NCBI GenBank assembly: GCA_021817125.1
Contig: JAKAWC010000002.1
Coordinates: forward strand, 3,589 to 67,588
Direction: 5' to 3'
DNA length: 64,000 nucleotides
From: Candidatus Micrarchaeota archaeon
Lineage (GTDB): Archaea > Micrarchaeota > Micrarchaeia > Micrarchaeales > CABMGC01
The notes under the pieces are model-generated. The model searched no databases. It saw nothing but the letters and a program-made list of their open reading frames with translations, and was not told the DNA's origin. Of this stretch, positions 42,426 through 50,713 are shown piece by piece. Position numbers and translations under genes: made by a program. How positions within the stretch are numbered: the stretch's first letter is position 1; each line of letters starts with the position of its first letter.

Positions 42426-42429
42426 GAAC

Positions 42430-43026
42430 ATGCCTAAGACCGGAAAGGACACGAAGAAGAGTTCAGACGCCAAGACCCGGAGCAAGCCGGCTGCGCAGAA
42501 GGCGCAGCAGGCCGCCAAGGGACCAGAATCCGGCATGGGGTCCTTTATCGCGGCGATAGCGGTCATTGTGGTCCTTATCGTGATAGGCTACGCACTCTTC
42601 TACTACATCCTTCCCCGATACTTCCCAAGCTTCTTGTCCGGCGTGCCTTTCTCGACGTTTAAGGCAAACTTTGGTTCCGCCACCAGGGTCGCGGTGGTTG
42701 CGACGTACACCAACAACAGCCAATGGCTCAGCAACGTGAACTGTGCGATAAACATAATCTCCAACGGCATAGCGCCGCACAGGAACGTCACGACCATTGA
42801 CTTCTTCATAGTGAACGCCACTAACTGCACGTACTCCCCGATAGGTTACCCGATCAACTACACCGTCGAGCCCATCGCCCAGTGCATCAAGGTCGCCAAC
42901 TCGGAGCCCAGCATATTCCTTAACTACAGCGCAGTCAACCGCACGACAATAACCGCTTACCATATGTACGTATCGGGCAACGTCGCATACATGAGGATGT
43001 GCCCTGTCGCAGTAGACATCTCCTGA
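42430..43026 (+). CDS. type II membrane glycoprotein (Lys-rich cytoplasmic tail, one TM, ~130-aa ectodomain)
   Basis: MPKTGKDTKKSSDAKTRSKPAAQKAQQAAKG, then FIAAIAVIVVLIVIGYALFYYI, then a sequon-rich domain. The ATG lies 4 nt after the stop of the upstream gene. Confidence 0.6.
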   Translation: MPKTGKDTKKSSDAKTRSKPAAQKAQQAAKGPESGMGSFIAAIAVIVVLIVIGYALFYYILPRYFPSFLSGVPFSTFKANFGSATRVAVVATYTNNSQWLSNVNCAINIISNGIAPHRNVTTIDFFIVNATNCTYSPIGYPINYTVEPIAQCIKVANSEPSIFLNYSAVNRTTITAYHMYVSGNVAYMRMCPVAVDIS

Positions 43027-44574
43027 TCAGACCCTTTTATAGACCTGTGCCGTGCCGTTCTGCACGTACAGCCTGTACGAATTGCTTCCCAAATACTCGT
43101 AGAAGTACGGTTGGACCAGGAATGCATTCTCGCTCACGTTCGCGTTGAAGTCAACCACAATGTACTGTGGCGCAAACCTGATGTTGCTTGAGAAGTCCTC
43201 CAGCCACTCCCTCTGCGTCAGGTGCGGCATCATGAACTGCGCCGCAGCGACGCTCGCGTTCGCAGGTATCGCGGCCAGCACCGAGTTCATCTGCGCATCG
43301 AGGACCTGCTGCTGGGGGCCCACCCGGAAGAGCAGGCTCTGGCTGAGGTTCGCTATGTTCGCGTTGCGTATGAGGACCGGGGAGACCACGCACAAACACG
43401 CAGAGGCAATCACGCAGCTGACCACCACGACCGACCCAAGCTGCATCCGGCGTGCTTCCTGAACACGTCTCCTCGTGGTGCCCGCCGCCCTCCCAAGGAG
43501 AGTCAAGGCACCGAGCGTAGCTGCGACGAATGCACCCGGCATGGCAAATGCGAAATACTGCTCGTATGGCAATATGAACGGAGGCTTGAAAGAGATGAAA
43601 GTACCGGCAAGATACGGCAGTACCGTGAGCACGGCAACATCAAGGCTGGCGAAGAGCGCCACCCCGAAGCCGAGGAATATCACCAGCAGGGCGAACGCAG
43701 TGTACGGCGAATAAAAGCCAGTGACATATATCGCGATGTCGTTGGTCACGGACTTGCCGAAGTTGGATAGCGAGAGCGATGTGAGTCTCAGCAGCCCATT
43801 CTGCGAACCAAAAGTGACATAGAGCATCTGTGGCACCGAGGCATAATCTCCCGCAGAGTATGCTGCAGTGAGGTTTGCGGTAATAAGATAATATACCAGC
43901 GTCGCGACCAACGAGGCGACTATTATCACATACGTGAGGTTCCTCCTCTCGCTTCTGGTCTTCCCGCCCTTGTTGTGGAACTGCTCATAGACGAGGAGCG
44001 CAACCCCGAGCATGAGCACTATAGCCACAACGCTCTCCAGGCTGCCCAGAAGAAGCGCCAGCGACGCATAGAACTGTGGCTTCCTCACCTGCATGTAGAA
44101 GTAGAAGGTCAGTATGTAGAAGAGAGGGATGAATGCCTCGGTGTGGAAATCAAAAAGCGTTATGCCGTGGATTCCCGGGCTCAACAAGAACGCGGCACAG
44201 AATGCCAGCGCAAGTCCCTGCCTTCCGGTCAGGCCCCTCACAGCGAAGAATACGGCCAGCCCGGCGAGCGAGACGATGACGTCTTCCGCAAAGAGCAGCG
44301 TAAGTGGGGACTGGAACAACGCATAGAAGGGCACGACAAGAAGCCACATGTCCGGGGAGATGTGGTTTCCGAACACCAGCAGCTGCAAGCCAGCGGCGTA
44401 GCTTGTGTAGTGGAGATAGAAGTAAGTGTTGTAAGTGAATATCGCCAGATCGAAATATGTGTGGAAGGTATTGTACTCGTTGACAGAGTAGAGTCCCCAG
44501 TAGGCTATGCTTGCCAGCGTCATGGCGATCGCCGCCGCTGCAAAGACAGCGTTATAGTCTCTCTTCTGCGCCAT
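43027..44574 (-). CDS. DUF2079-family polytopic membrane protein (GT-C-like, possible glycosyltransferase)
   Basis: FDLAIFTYN...FGNHISPDMWLLVVPFYALFQSPLTLLFAEDVIVSLAGLAVF matches the DUF2079 pattern (fDlgif...HfsPil.l.aPlY.lfPsp.tLL). Many TM helices and a soluble C-terminal domain. Confidence 0.6.
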   Translation of the reverse strand: MAQKRDYNAVFAAAAIAMTLASIAYWGLYSVNEYNTFHTYFDLAIFTYNTYFYLHYTSYAAGLQLLVFGNHISPDMWLLVVPFYALFQSPLTLLFAEDVIVSLAGLAVFFAVRGLTGRQGLALAFCAAFLLSPGIHGITLFDFHTEAFIPLFYILTFYFYMQVRKPQFYASLALLLGSLESVVAIVLMLGVALLVYEQFHNKGGKTRSERRNLTYVIIVASLVATLVYYLITANLTAAYSAGDYASVPQMLYVTFGSQNGLLRLTSLSLSNFGKSVTNDIAIYVTGFYSPYTAFALLVIFLGFGVALFASLDVAVLTVLPYLAGTFISFKPPFILPYEQYFAFAMPGAFVAATLGALTLLGRAAGTTRRRVQEARRMQLGSVVVVSCVIASACLCVVSPVLIRNANIANLSQSLLFRVGPQQQVLDAQMNSVLAAIPANASVAAAQFMMPHLTQREWLEDFSSNIRFAPQYIVVDFNANVSENAFLVQPYFYEYLGSNSYRLYVQNGTAQVYKRV

Positions 44575-44992
44575 TCATTGGCACCTGGACTTCGACGTTG
44601 CCCATCCGCGGCAGGACATCCTCCAGCCTGCGGTTCGCGGCCACCACCTTCCTCTTTGTCACGTTCCAGTTGGACTTGCCCTGTGTGAACTCTTCCAGGG
44701 CTATGAAGTACCAGCCCTCCCTTGGCATCCTCCAGGCCACATATGTGGGAAAGGACGTGTTCTTGGCAAGCTCGAGAAGTTTGACGTACTGTTCATCGTC
44801 GAGCGCTATGCTTCCCGAATCCCATGCCTTGCACTCTATGCAGATGGCCTTCCCGTTCTTCAGGGCTATCAGGTCCGGGCTGAGGGCGTCGACGCCAGAT
44901 CCCGCGCTCCTTATGACGGAATAACCCATCTCGTGGAGCTTGTCCCTGAGCTCCCTCTCGCTCCTGGCACCCTTTACGTACCTATTCACCAA
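44552..44992 (-). CDS. hjc: Holliday junction resolvase Hjc
   Basis: KGARSERELRDKLHEMGYSVIRSAGSG...PDLIALKNGKAICIECK matches the Hjc nuclease core (E..D..EcK). It overlaps the next gene by 23 nt. Confidence 0.85.
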   Translation of the reverse strand: MVNRYVKGARSERELRDKLHEMGYSVIRSAGSGVDALSPDLIALKNGKAICIECKAWDSGSIALDDEQYVKLLELAKNTSFPTYVAWRMPREGWYFIALEEFTQGKSNWNVTKRKVVAANRRLEDVLPRMGNVEVQVPMNGAEERL

Positions 44993-45175
44993 CGGATCGC
45001 CACAGAAGCTTTAAGAACCTTAAGATATAAATTAACATGTGTATATTCAGCAGCATTTGAAGACGTTAATAGAGGATATTATGTATCATACTCATCCAAT
45101 GGTCCTGTGCCATTCGACCGCAGCAGGTATGTCGTCTCCTCGACGTTAGATGCGCTGATTCCTTAGTGGAAGCGG

Positions 45176-45550
45176 ATGCAGCGATTGAAAAAGGATTACA
45201 GGCAGAAGAAGCACCTTCTTGATACTTTAAAGAGGTTAGCCGAGGGCACAGTGGTTGTCGAAGGCAAGCACGACATCGCGGCGCTCAAGAAACTCGGCAT
45301 AAGCGCCATGGCATACTCTGCCGTGGAGAGCGGAAACGTGTCTATTCCTGTGGGCAGGACGATATACCTGCTTACCGACAACGACAGGGGAGGCGATGAG
45401 AAGCGCGAGCGCCTGAAGTCGGCGCTGCTTGCGATGGACAATCGGCATACTATAAACGACGAGCTGGGCAGAAAGCTGCTTAGTATGCTGCACGCGACCT
45501 CCATAGAGCAGATTTTCGGCCCGGCAGAGGAGATACTGGAAGAAAAGTGA
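45176..45550 (+). CDS. small stand-alone Toprim-domain protein (UPF0292/RNase M5-like)
   Basis: VVVEGKHD and LLTDNDRGGDEKR (the Toprim E and DxD motifs). It lies immediately upstream of dnaG. Confidence 0.7.
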   Translation: MQRLKKDYRQKKHLLDTLKRLAEGTVVVEGKHDIAALKKLGISAMAYSAVESGNVSIPVGRTIYLLTDNDRGGDEKRERLKSALLAMDNRHTINDELGRKLLSMLHATSIEQIFGPAEEILEEK

Positions 45551-45555
45551 TAATC

Positions 45556-46998
45556 ATGGCAAAAACATATCTAGACATCGTGAAATACATGGTGGAGGCG
45601 AAGTTCACCATAGACGGGATGGTTGAGAAACCAGACATAATCGGAGCCGTATTTGGGCAGACCGAAGGTCTTCTCGGAGACGAGCTCGACCTTAGGGAGC
45701 TGCAGAAAAACGGCAAGATAGGAAGGATAGAGATTGACGCTCAGCAGTCCGGGGGCAAGACCTACGGGAAGCTACACCTGCCCGCATCGCTCGACAGGAT
45801 CGAGACATGCATACTCGGAGCCGCAGTGGAGTCCGTGGATAGGGTAGGCCCATACGAGGCAACGTTCTCGGTGGAGAAGATAGAGGACACCCGGTCGGAG
45901 AAGAGAAGGAAGATTCTCGACAGGGCGAAGGATCTGGTCAAGAACCTGCTCACATCCGAGCTTCCTGACAGCAAGGAGCTTGCAGAGCTGGTCCAGTCCG
46001 AGGTCAAGTCGAGCGAGATAACGACCTACGGCCCGGACAAGCTGCCCGCAGGACCCGATGTAGGCAAGGCTTCAGACGTGATAATCGTGGAGGGCAGGGC
46101 AGACGTCATAACGCTGCTGCGCTCCAACATAACCAACGCGATAGCGATAGGCGGGGCGACCTCGACTGTGCCGCAGACGATAAAGAATCTTTGCGGGGAG
46201 AAGGAGGTCACCATATTCGCCGACGGCGACCGCGGCGGTGACATGATTATAAAGACGATTATAAGCGTGTCGGAGGTTGACTTCGTGACAAAGGCTCCAG
46301 ACGGGAAGGAAGTGGAGGAGCTGACAAGAAAGGAGATAATCAAGGCGATGAGGACGAGAATCCCCATCGACCAGTACACCGGCGGAAAGGGGAGGAGCGG
46401 TTCAGGCCCATCTGGCGGCGCCCATCAGCAGCAGCCACAGCGGTTCTCCCAACGAGGGCCAGAGCAGGAGCGCAGGCCGGAGATGGAACGCAGGCCCACG
46501 CCTCCTCTACCGTCAAGGCCGCAGATGCATGAGCCTCCACTCGATTACAGGCAGGAGCAGATAGGCTTGGGCAGGCCAATGCCTCCCCCAAGGCCCGAGC
46601 GCAGGGAAGAGCGCGACGACATAGGCATAGCCAGAATGGAGCCCGAGGACGTAAAGGCATCTATGGTCAGGTCGTCAGAGGCGAGACCTGCTCTTGAGTC
46701 CATGGTGCTCACGCAGCTGAACAACGGGCTTACTGAGCTATCCGGCACAATCCGCTGCAGGTTCTACGACCCTGTCGGCAACATGATAAAGGAGGTGCCG
46801 ATACGCGAGCTCTATGCCGCCATGCAGGATACGGACAACATTTACGCGATAGTGCTTGACGGAGTCATAACCCCAAGACTTGTCGACCAGGCTCTCCAGA
46901 AGGGCGTGAAGGCGATATACGGGGTCAAGGCGAACCCGATGCAGAAGACGCATCCGGAGCTCCTGCTGTACACCAAAGAGCAGGGAAAGGTAGCATAA
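45556..46998 (+). CDS. dnaG: archaeal DnaG-type primase / exosome-associated Toprim protein, with a ~100-aa Pro/Arg/Glu-rich insertion
   Basis: YMVEAKFTIDGMVEKPDIIGAVFGQTEGLLG, IIVEGRADV and FADGDRGGD. A low-complexity segment, GGKGRSGSG...RPERREERDD, lies between the Toprim and C-terminal domains. Confidence 0.9.
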   Translation: MAKTYLDIVKYMVEAKFTIDGMVEKPDIIGAVFGQTEGLLGDELDLRELQKNGKIGRIEIDAQQSGGKTYGKLHLPASLDRIETCILGAAVESVDRVGPYEATFSVEKIEDTRSEKRRKILDRAKDLVKNLLTSELPDSKELAELVQSEVKSSEITTYGPDKLPAGPDVGKASDVIIVEGRADVITLLRSNITNAIAIGGATSTVPQTIKNLCGEKEVTIFADGDRGGDMIIKTIISVSEVDFVTKAPDGKEVEELTRKEIIKAMRTRIPIDQYTGGKGRSGSGPSGGAHQQQPQRFSQRGPEQERRPEMERRPTPPLPSRPQMHEPPLDYRQEQIGLGRPMPPPRPERREERDDIGIARMEPEDVKASMVRSSEARPALESMVLTQLNNGLTELSGTIRCRFYDPVGNMIKEVPIRELYAAMQDTDNIYAIVLDGVITPRLVDQALQKGVKAIYGVKANPMQKTHPELLLYTKEQGKVA

Positions 46999-47943
46999 TC
47001 ATATGCTTACTCCGAAGTAATACCGTATCGTGGCGCCGAGCAGGATAGTGACCACAGCTGCGCCAAGCGATATTGCCAGCATCTCCGTCACCCTGTGCTT
47101 TATGTCGGTGTCGCTTATAACCGCCACCACGGTTGAGACTATGGACAGGGCTATAACAACTAGGATAGCCGACGCGATGATCCCTTTGTACCCCGACATG
47201 CCCAAAGCGAACGGAAGTATGGATATCACGGAACCGAAGAAGTAGAAGATTCCAATGTATAATGCTTCTCTTGCCGGCGAGGTGGTTAGGCCTGAGTGGT
47301 TCTTCACAGCCACATTGACGAGACCCTTTGACTTGGAAGAGAGATATTCGCCCGCGGCCATGGACAGCGTCCCGGAGATCCCGACGACGAATCCAGCTAT
47401 CGCGACCACCAGCCCCGTGTTTGCTACCACTGCTATGCCGGCAACCACAGCGAGCAGCTCGACGAGGCCGTCGTTTATGCCGAATATCATCGACTTGATG
47501 TAGCTTAGGTCTCCCTCATACTGCCGAAGCTTGTTCTGAAGCTCGACCTCATGGACCTTCTCGTCCTTGATTATCTTCCTTATCGCAGTCTTGCCGCGCG
47601 CGCTCATGCGCACGCTCTCAAGCCCCGCATAATACGCTTCCAGTCCGCGCTCCTCATTCCGCTCGAGAACCTTTGTCGCAAATGCCGTGCCGAAGAGCCG
47701 CCTCATCATCACGAATACGAACGCGCCGATTCCGGCGAGCGGAGGCTCGCTGACTGTGCCTCCCTGCTGCTCAACGACCGCTTTCCATGCCGCGGCGTGT
47801 CTCCTCTCCGTGCTCGCCAGTTTCTCCAGGAAGCTACGCAGCTCTCTCCTCTTCTCTGCCTTCGCAAGCGCTTCGTATATTGCCAGGTCTGTCTTCTCCC
47901 CTTTATAAAACCCATTTTCAAGTTCAAGCGTGACGTCTGCCAT
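46999..47943 (-). CDS. VIT1/CCC1-family iron/manganese transporter with an N-terminal ferritin-like (rubrerythrin-type) domain
   Basis: The ferritin-like helices have E..H-type motifs (LASTERRHAAAW, DEKVHEVEL), followed by FGINDGLVE and the TM helices typical of VIT1. ATG 47943 is preferred over ATG 47988. Confidence 0.7.
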   Translation of the reverse strand: MADVTLELENGFYKGEKTDLAIYEALAKAEKRRELRSFLEKLASTERRHAAAWKAVVEQQGGTVSEPPLAGIGAFVFVMMRRLFGTAFATKVLERNEERGLEAYYAGLESVRMSARGKTAIRKIIKDEKVHEVELQNKLRQYEGDLSYIKSMIFGINDGLVELLAVVAGIAVVANTGLVVAIAGFVVGISGTLSMAAGEYLSSKSKGLVNVAVKNHSGLTTSPAREALYIGIFYFFGSVISILPFALGMSGYKGIIASAILVVIALSIVSTVVAVISDTDIKHRVTEMLAISLGAAVVTILLGATIRYYFGVSI

Positions 47944-47979
47944 AAGAATCCTTTTATTTGTTGTCGCCAATTTACATTT

Positions 47980-48543
47980 ATGCTTCAACTGCTAAAATCT
48001 AAAAGGCATTCTTATTCGGGCAGAGAATCCTATAGATATGTCGAGCGCGTCATAAGGAATGGGAGAAACGTCGCGATATCCTCGCCCTTCATCGACAGCT
48101 ACTATGCAAACTTCCTGGTCAGGAACGCAAAGGGGAAAAGGATACGCGTGCTCTCATCGTCGATGGAGAAAGGCGCAGAGAAGATACTGAACGGCGGAGG
48201 AATACGCTGGTGGACGCTGAAACTATCGAGTGCGACATTGGCGTTCAACATCTTCCTTTTTGCGTTTAAGTTGTCTACGCTGCCGGTAATCGCCGCATCG
48301 GCAGCGATAATATTGGCATGCATCGCATTCTTCAGGCGGGGCAATCCCGGCATCTCGGTCAAGATCCCGAAGTCATTCGTCCATGCCAAGATGTATATCG
48401 CCGACAACGAGGCGGCAGAGGGCTCGGCCAACCTCACGTATGCAGGCATGCACAAGAATATAGAACACGTAGAGGTAGTGACAGACCCGGAAGATGTGAA
48501 GGAACTGCGCTACCAGTTCCAGAAGATCTGGGAATCATCCTGA
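47980..48543 (+). CDS. phospholipase D-superfamily (single HKD motif) protein with an internal hydrophobic hairpin
   Basis: HAKMYIADNEAAEGSANLT is the canonical HxK-x4-D-x6-GSxN motif. It is preceded by two hydrophobic helices (LSSATLAFNIFLFAF, LPVIAASAAIILACIAFF). The upstream part of track ORF 47551..48543 is antisense to the VIT1 gene and is discarded. Confidence 0.6.
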   Translation: MLQLLKSKRHSYSGRESYRYVERVIRNGRNVAISSPFIDSYYANFLVRNAKGKRIRVLSSSMEKGAEKILNGGGIRWWTLKLSSATLAFNIFLFAFKLSTLPVIAASAAIILACIAFFRRGNPGISVKIPKSFVHAKMYIADNEAAEGSANLTYAGMHKNIEHVEVVTDPEDVKELRYQFQKIWESS

Positions 48544-49437
48544 CTCTGTTGCGGTAACTATCCCCGACGCAAATATCCTCGGGACCGCTGCCCTTATCAG
48601 GAGGAACTTGTCGCCGACAGCCAACGATATCGGCTTTTCGAGGTGTATCCTGGCGCTCTTGCCGTCGAGTTCCAGCCTTGCATTTGTGTATGAGAAATTC
48701 AGGACCAGCTGGTAGAGCTTTGTCTGATCCACGCTCTCGTTCACGAAGCCGCTTTTCGTTATCTCCGCAGTTATGACCTTCGCTTTCCCCAGCTTGTCGG
48801 AGGCAAGCAGGTCGCCCTTGTCCATCTCGTCGTGTTCGATCCCCTTCAGTGCGATACCGACACGCGTTCCGTATTCCGCTTCGCCGATGTCCACGTCCTG
48901 GCTCTGCATCGACCTGACCTCGACATCTTTGCCCGACGTGTGCTTGAGCTTGTCGTGCACCCTGACCCTGCCGCTCTTGACTATCCCAAGTGCGACAGTG
49001 CCGATGCCCTTTACCGGGAACGCTTTGTCCACGTCGACCCTGGTTCCCTTCTGTTCTGCCTGTGGCTTAAATGCAAGTATCCTATCAACAACACCCTGCC
49101 TGTCCACTAACTCATAATCCCTCATCGTCCCGTTGGCGAGCAGGTTGTTGACGTCATTGTCCTTCGTTATAATAGTGTGCTTTCCGAGAAGCGAGCACGC
49201 AATGAGCATCTCCCCAAACGACTTGTCGACGTTCGCGGTGCTAAGAACGATCTGGTCGGCGATTAGCATTGCCTCTGCAACGCTGTAGAACTTCTCCTCA
49301 AGACTTGTCGGCGCAAGTGCAACGATGGTGTTGTCATCCTGCTTGCGGTTGTAGAACGTGATTCCATTGACCGAGCCCTTTTTGCCTATAAAGTCCGCGA
49401 GGTCCTTGTCCAACGGTACTGCCACTACATAGTGCAT
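48535..49437 (-). CDS. EF-Tu/SelB-like protein with a degenerate G-domain and an EF-Tu domain-2 beta-barrel
   Basis: TRVDVDKAFPVKGIGTVALGIVKSGRVRVHDKL...VEVRSMQSQDVDIGEAEYGTRVGIALKGI is a typical EF-Tu domain 2. The N-terminal ~130 aa lack a GxxxxGK(S/T) P-loop. Confidence 0.5.
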   Translation of the reverse strand: MHYVVAVPLDKDLADFIGKKGSVNGITFYNRKQDDNTIVALAPTSLEEKFYSVAEAMLIADQIVLSTANVDKSFGEMLIACSLLGKHTIITKDNDVNNLLANGTMRDYELVDRQGVVDRILAFKPQAEQKGTRVDVDKAFPVKGIGTVALGIVKSGRVRVHDKLKHTSGKDVEVRSMQSQDVDIGEAEYGTRVGIALKGIEHDEMDKGDLLASDKLGKAKVITAEITKSGFVNESVDQTKLYQLVLNFSYTNARLELDGKSARIHLEKPISLAVGDKFLLIRAAVPRIFASGIVTATESG

Positions 49438-49466
49438 ATGTTCACATCTGAGAATTGTAGATGAAG

Positions 49467-50168
49467 CTATTTAAGAGTAACCTCGAGAGGTCCGGCGTAG
49501 CTGAAGTCTGGTGCCTTCAGGTATAACGTAAGCGGATAGCTGCGCTGCTGGTCGACCGTCAGCGGAAGCCTCGGCTCCGTACCTACCAGTTCGAACGGCT
49601 GGTTCACCGCGACGCCCTGCACCTTATCGCCATAGGCAAGGGCTTTGTATAGCTGGACGTCCTTCTTGAATATCTGGTTCTTCTGTACCGACGTCGCGAA
49701 TGCAGAGTCCTGTAGGTCGACATCCCTCTTTTCGGACTTTAGGGTTATCTTGTTCACGGTGAGGTGTATTATGTCCTGCGGGTTGTTCCCGAAATCTATC
49801 GTTACCGGACCCATGTACTGTTCCTCCGGCGCCTTTATCCTGAACTTGAAGACCACCTGTTCGCGATATGCGATCTCGACAGGCAGCTGCGGAGCGAGAC
49901 TCACCAACGTAAACGGCGCGGTAATGCTCACCCGGTCTATCCTTATGCTAGGCCTCTTGAAGTGCGCAGGCACCAGGTCGCTGCCGGACTTGTTCGTGAA
50001 CGGCACATTGACAGAGAAGACTCGCTCCCTGACCTCCTTAGGGCCAATGCTGTGCACCCCGCCCATTATCTTGAGGTTTATGTTGGTGATGCTCACCCTC
50101 ACCTTGCTGCGTTTCAGGAAGCCAAGCATGCTTTCACTGGGAGTTGTAGAGTAATAAATGTTGCTCAT
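49467..50168 (-). CDS. hypothetical protein with two internally duplicated beta-sandwich-like domains
   Basis: APFTLVSLAPQLPVEIAYREQVVFKFRIKAPEEQYMGPVTIDF aligns with QPFELVGTEPRLPLTVDQQRSYPLTLYLKAPDFSYAGPLEVTL. ATG 50168 is chosen to avoid overlap with the bcp promoter. Confidence 0.5.
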   Translation of the reverse strand: MSNIYYSTTPSESMLGFLKRSKVRVSITNINLKIMGGVHSIGPKEVRERVFSVNVPFTNKSGSDLVPAHFKRPSIRIDRVSITAPFTLVSLAPQLPVEIAYREQVVFKFRIKAPEEQYMGPVTIDFGNNPQDIIHLTVNKITLKSEKRDVDLQDSAFATSVQKNQIFKKDVQLYKALAYGDKVQGVAVNQPFELVGTEPRLPLTVDQQRSYPLTLYLKAPDFSYAGPLEVTLK

Positions 50169-50214
50169 AACTAAGTTATATAACTTTTTATATAACTTTA
50201 AATCTGGGGATATC

Positions 50215-50688
50215 ATGGTACTAGAAGTGGGAATCTTCGGACCGAATTTCAAGCTGCAAGGTTCGGATGGCAAGACACACACTAGGAAAGAGTTTGATGG
50301 GCGATATCTCGTCCTCTATTTTTATCCTAAGGACGACACGCCAGGCTGCACGATAGAGGCAAAAGAATTTACAAAGCATGCGGATGAGATTAGGCGACAT
50401 GGTGCAGAAGTGGTCGGCGTGAGCAAGGACGATCTCGAGTCACACAGCAAGTTTATGAACAAGTGCGGGCTCGGCATACTCCTGCTATCTGACCCATCCC
50501 ACCTGACTATACAGGCATACGACTCATGGGGCAACAGAGGGATCTTCGGATTTGGAACGCTCAGGAAGACGTACATAATGGACCCCACAGGCAAGATAGT
50601 CAAGATATATGATAAGGTGAATCCAGGCAAGCACGCCGCGGAGGTCATCGAGTTCCTGAGATCTGTCCAGGTCGCCACTCAGGTATAA
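50215..50688 (+). CDS. bcp: peroxiredoxin Bcp (thiol peroxidase)
   Basis: LVLYFYPKDDTPGCTIEA (PxxxTxxC peroxidatic Cys motif). The size is ~157 aa. Confidence 0.9.
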   Translation: MVLEVGIFGPNFKLQGSDGKTHTRKEFDGRYLVLYFYPKDDTPGCTIEAKEFTKHADEIRRHGAEVVGVSKDDLESHSKFMNKCGLGILLLSDPSHLTIQAYDSWGNRGIFGFGTLRKTYIMDPTGKIVKIYDKVNPGKHAAEVIEFLRSVQVATQV

Positions 50689-50713
50689 AAACCTTCAATG
50701 AGCAGAGGCAAGT

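Noticed and set aside
43975-44688. 237-aa plus-strand ORF
   Set aside because: It is antisense to the DUF2079 membrane protein and the hjc 3' end, with highly charged shadow composition.
47551-47979. N-terminal 143 codons of track ORF 47551..48543
   Set aside because: This part is antisense to the well-supported VIT1-like gene. The PLD-like homology begins only after the in-frame ATG at 47980.
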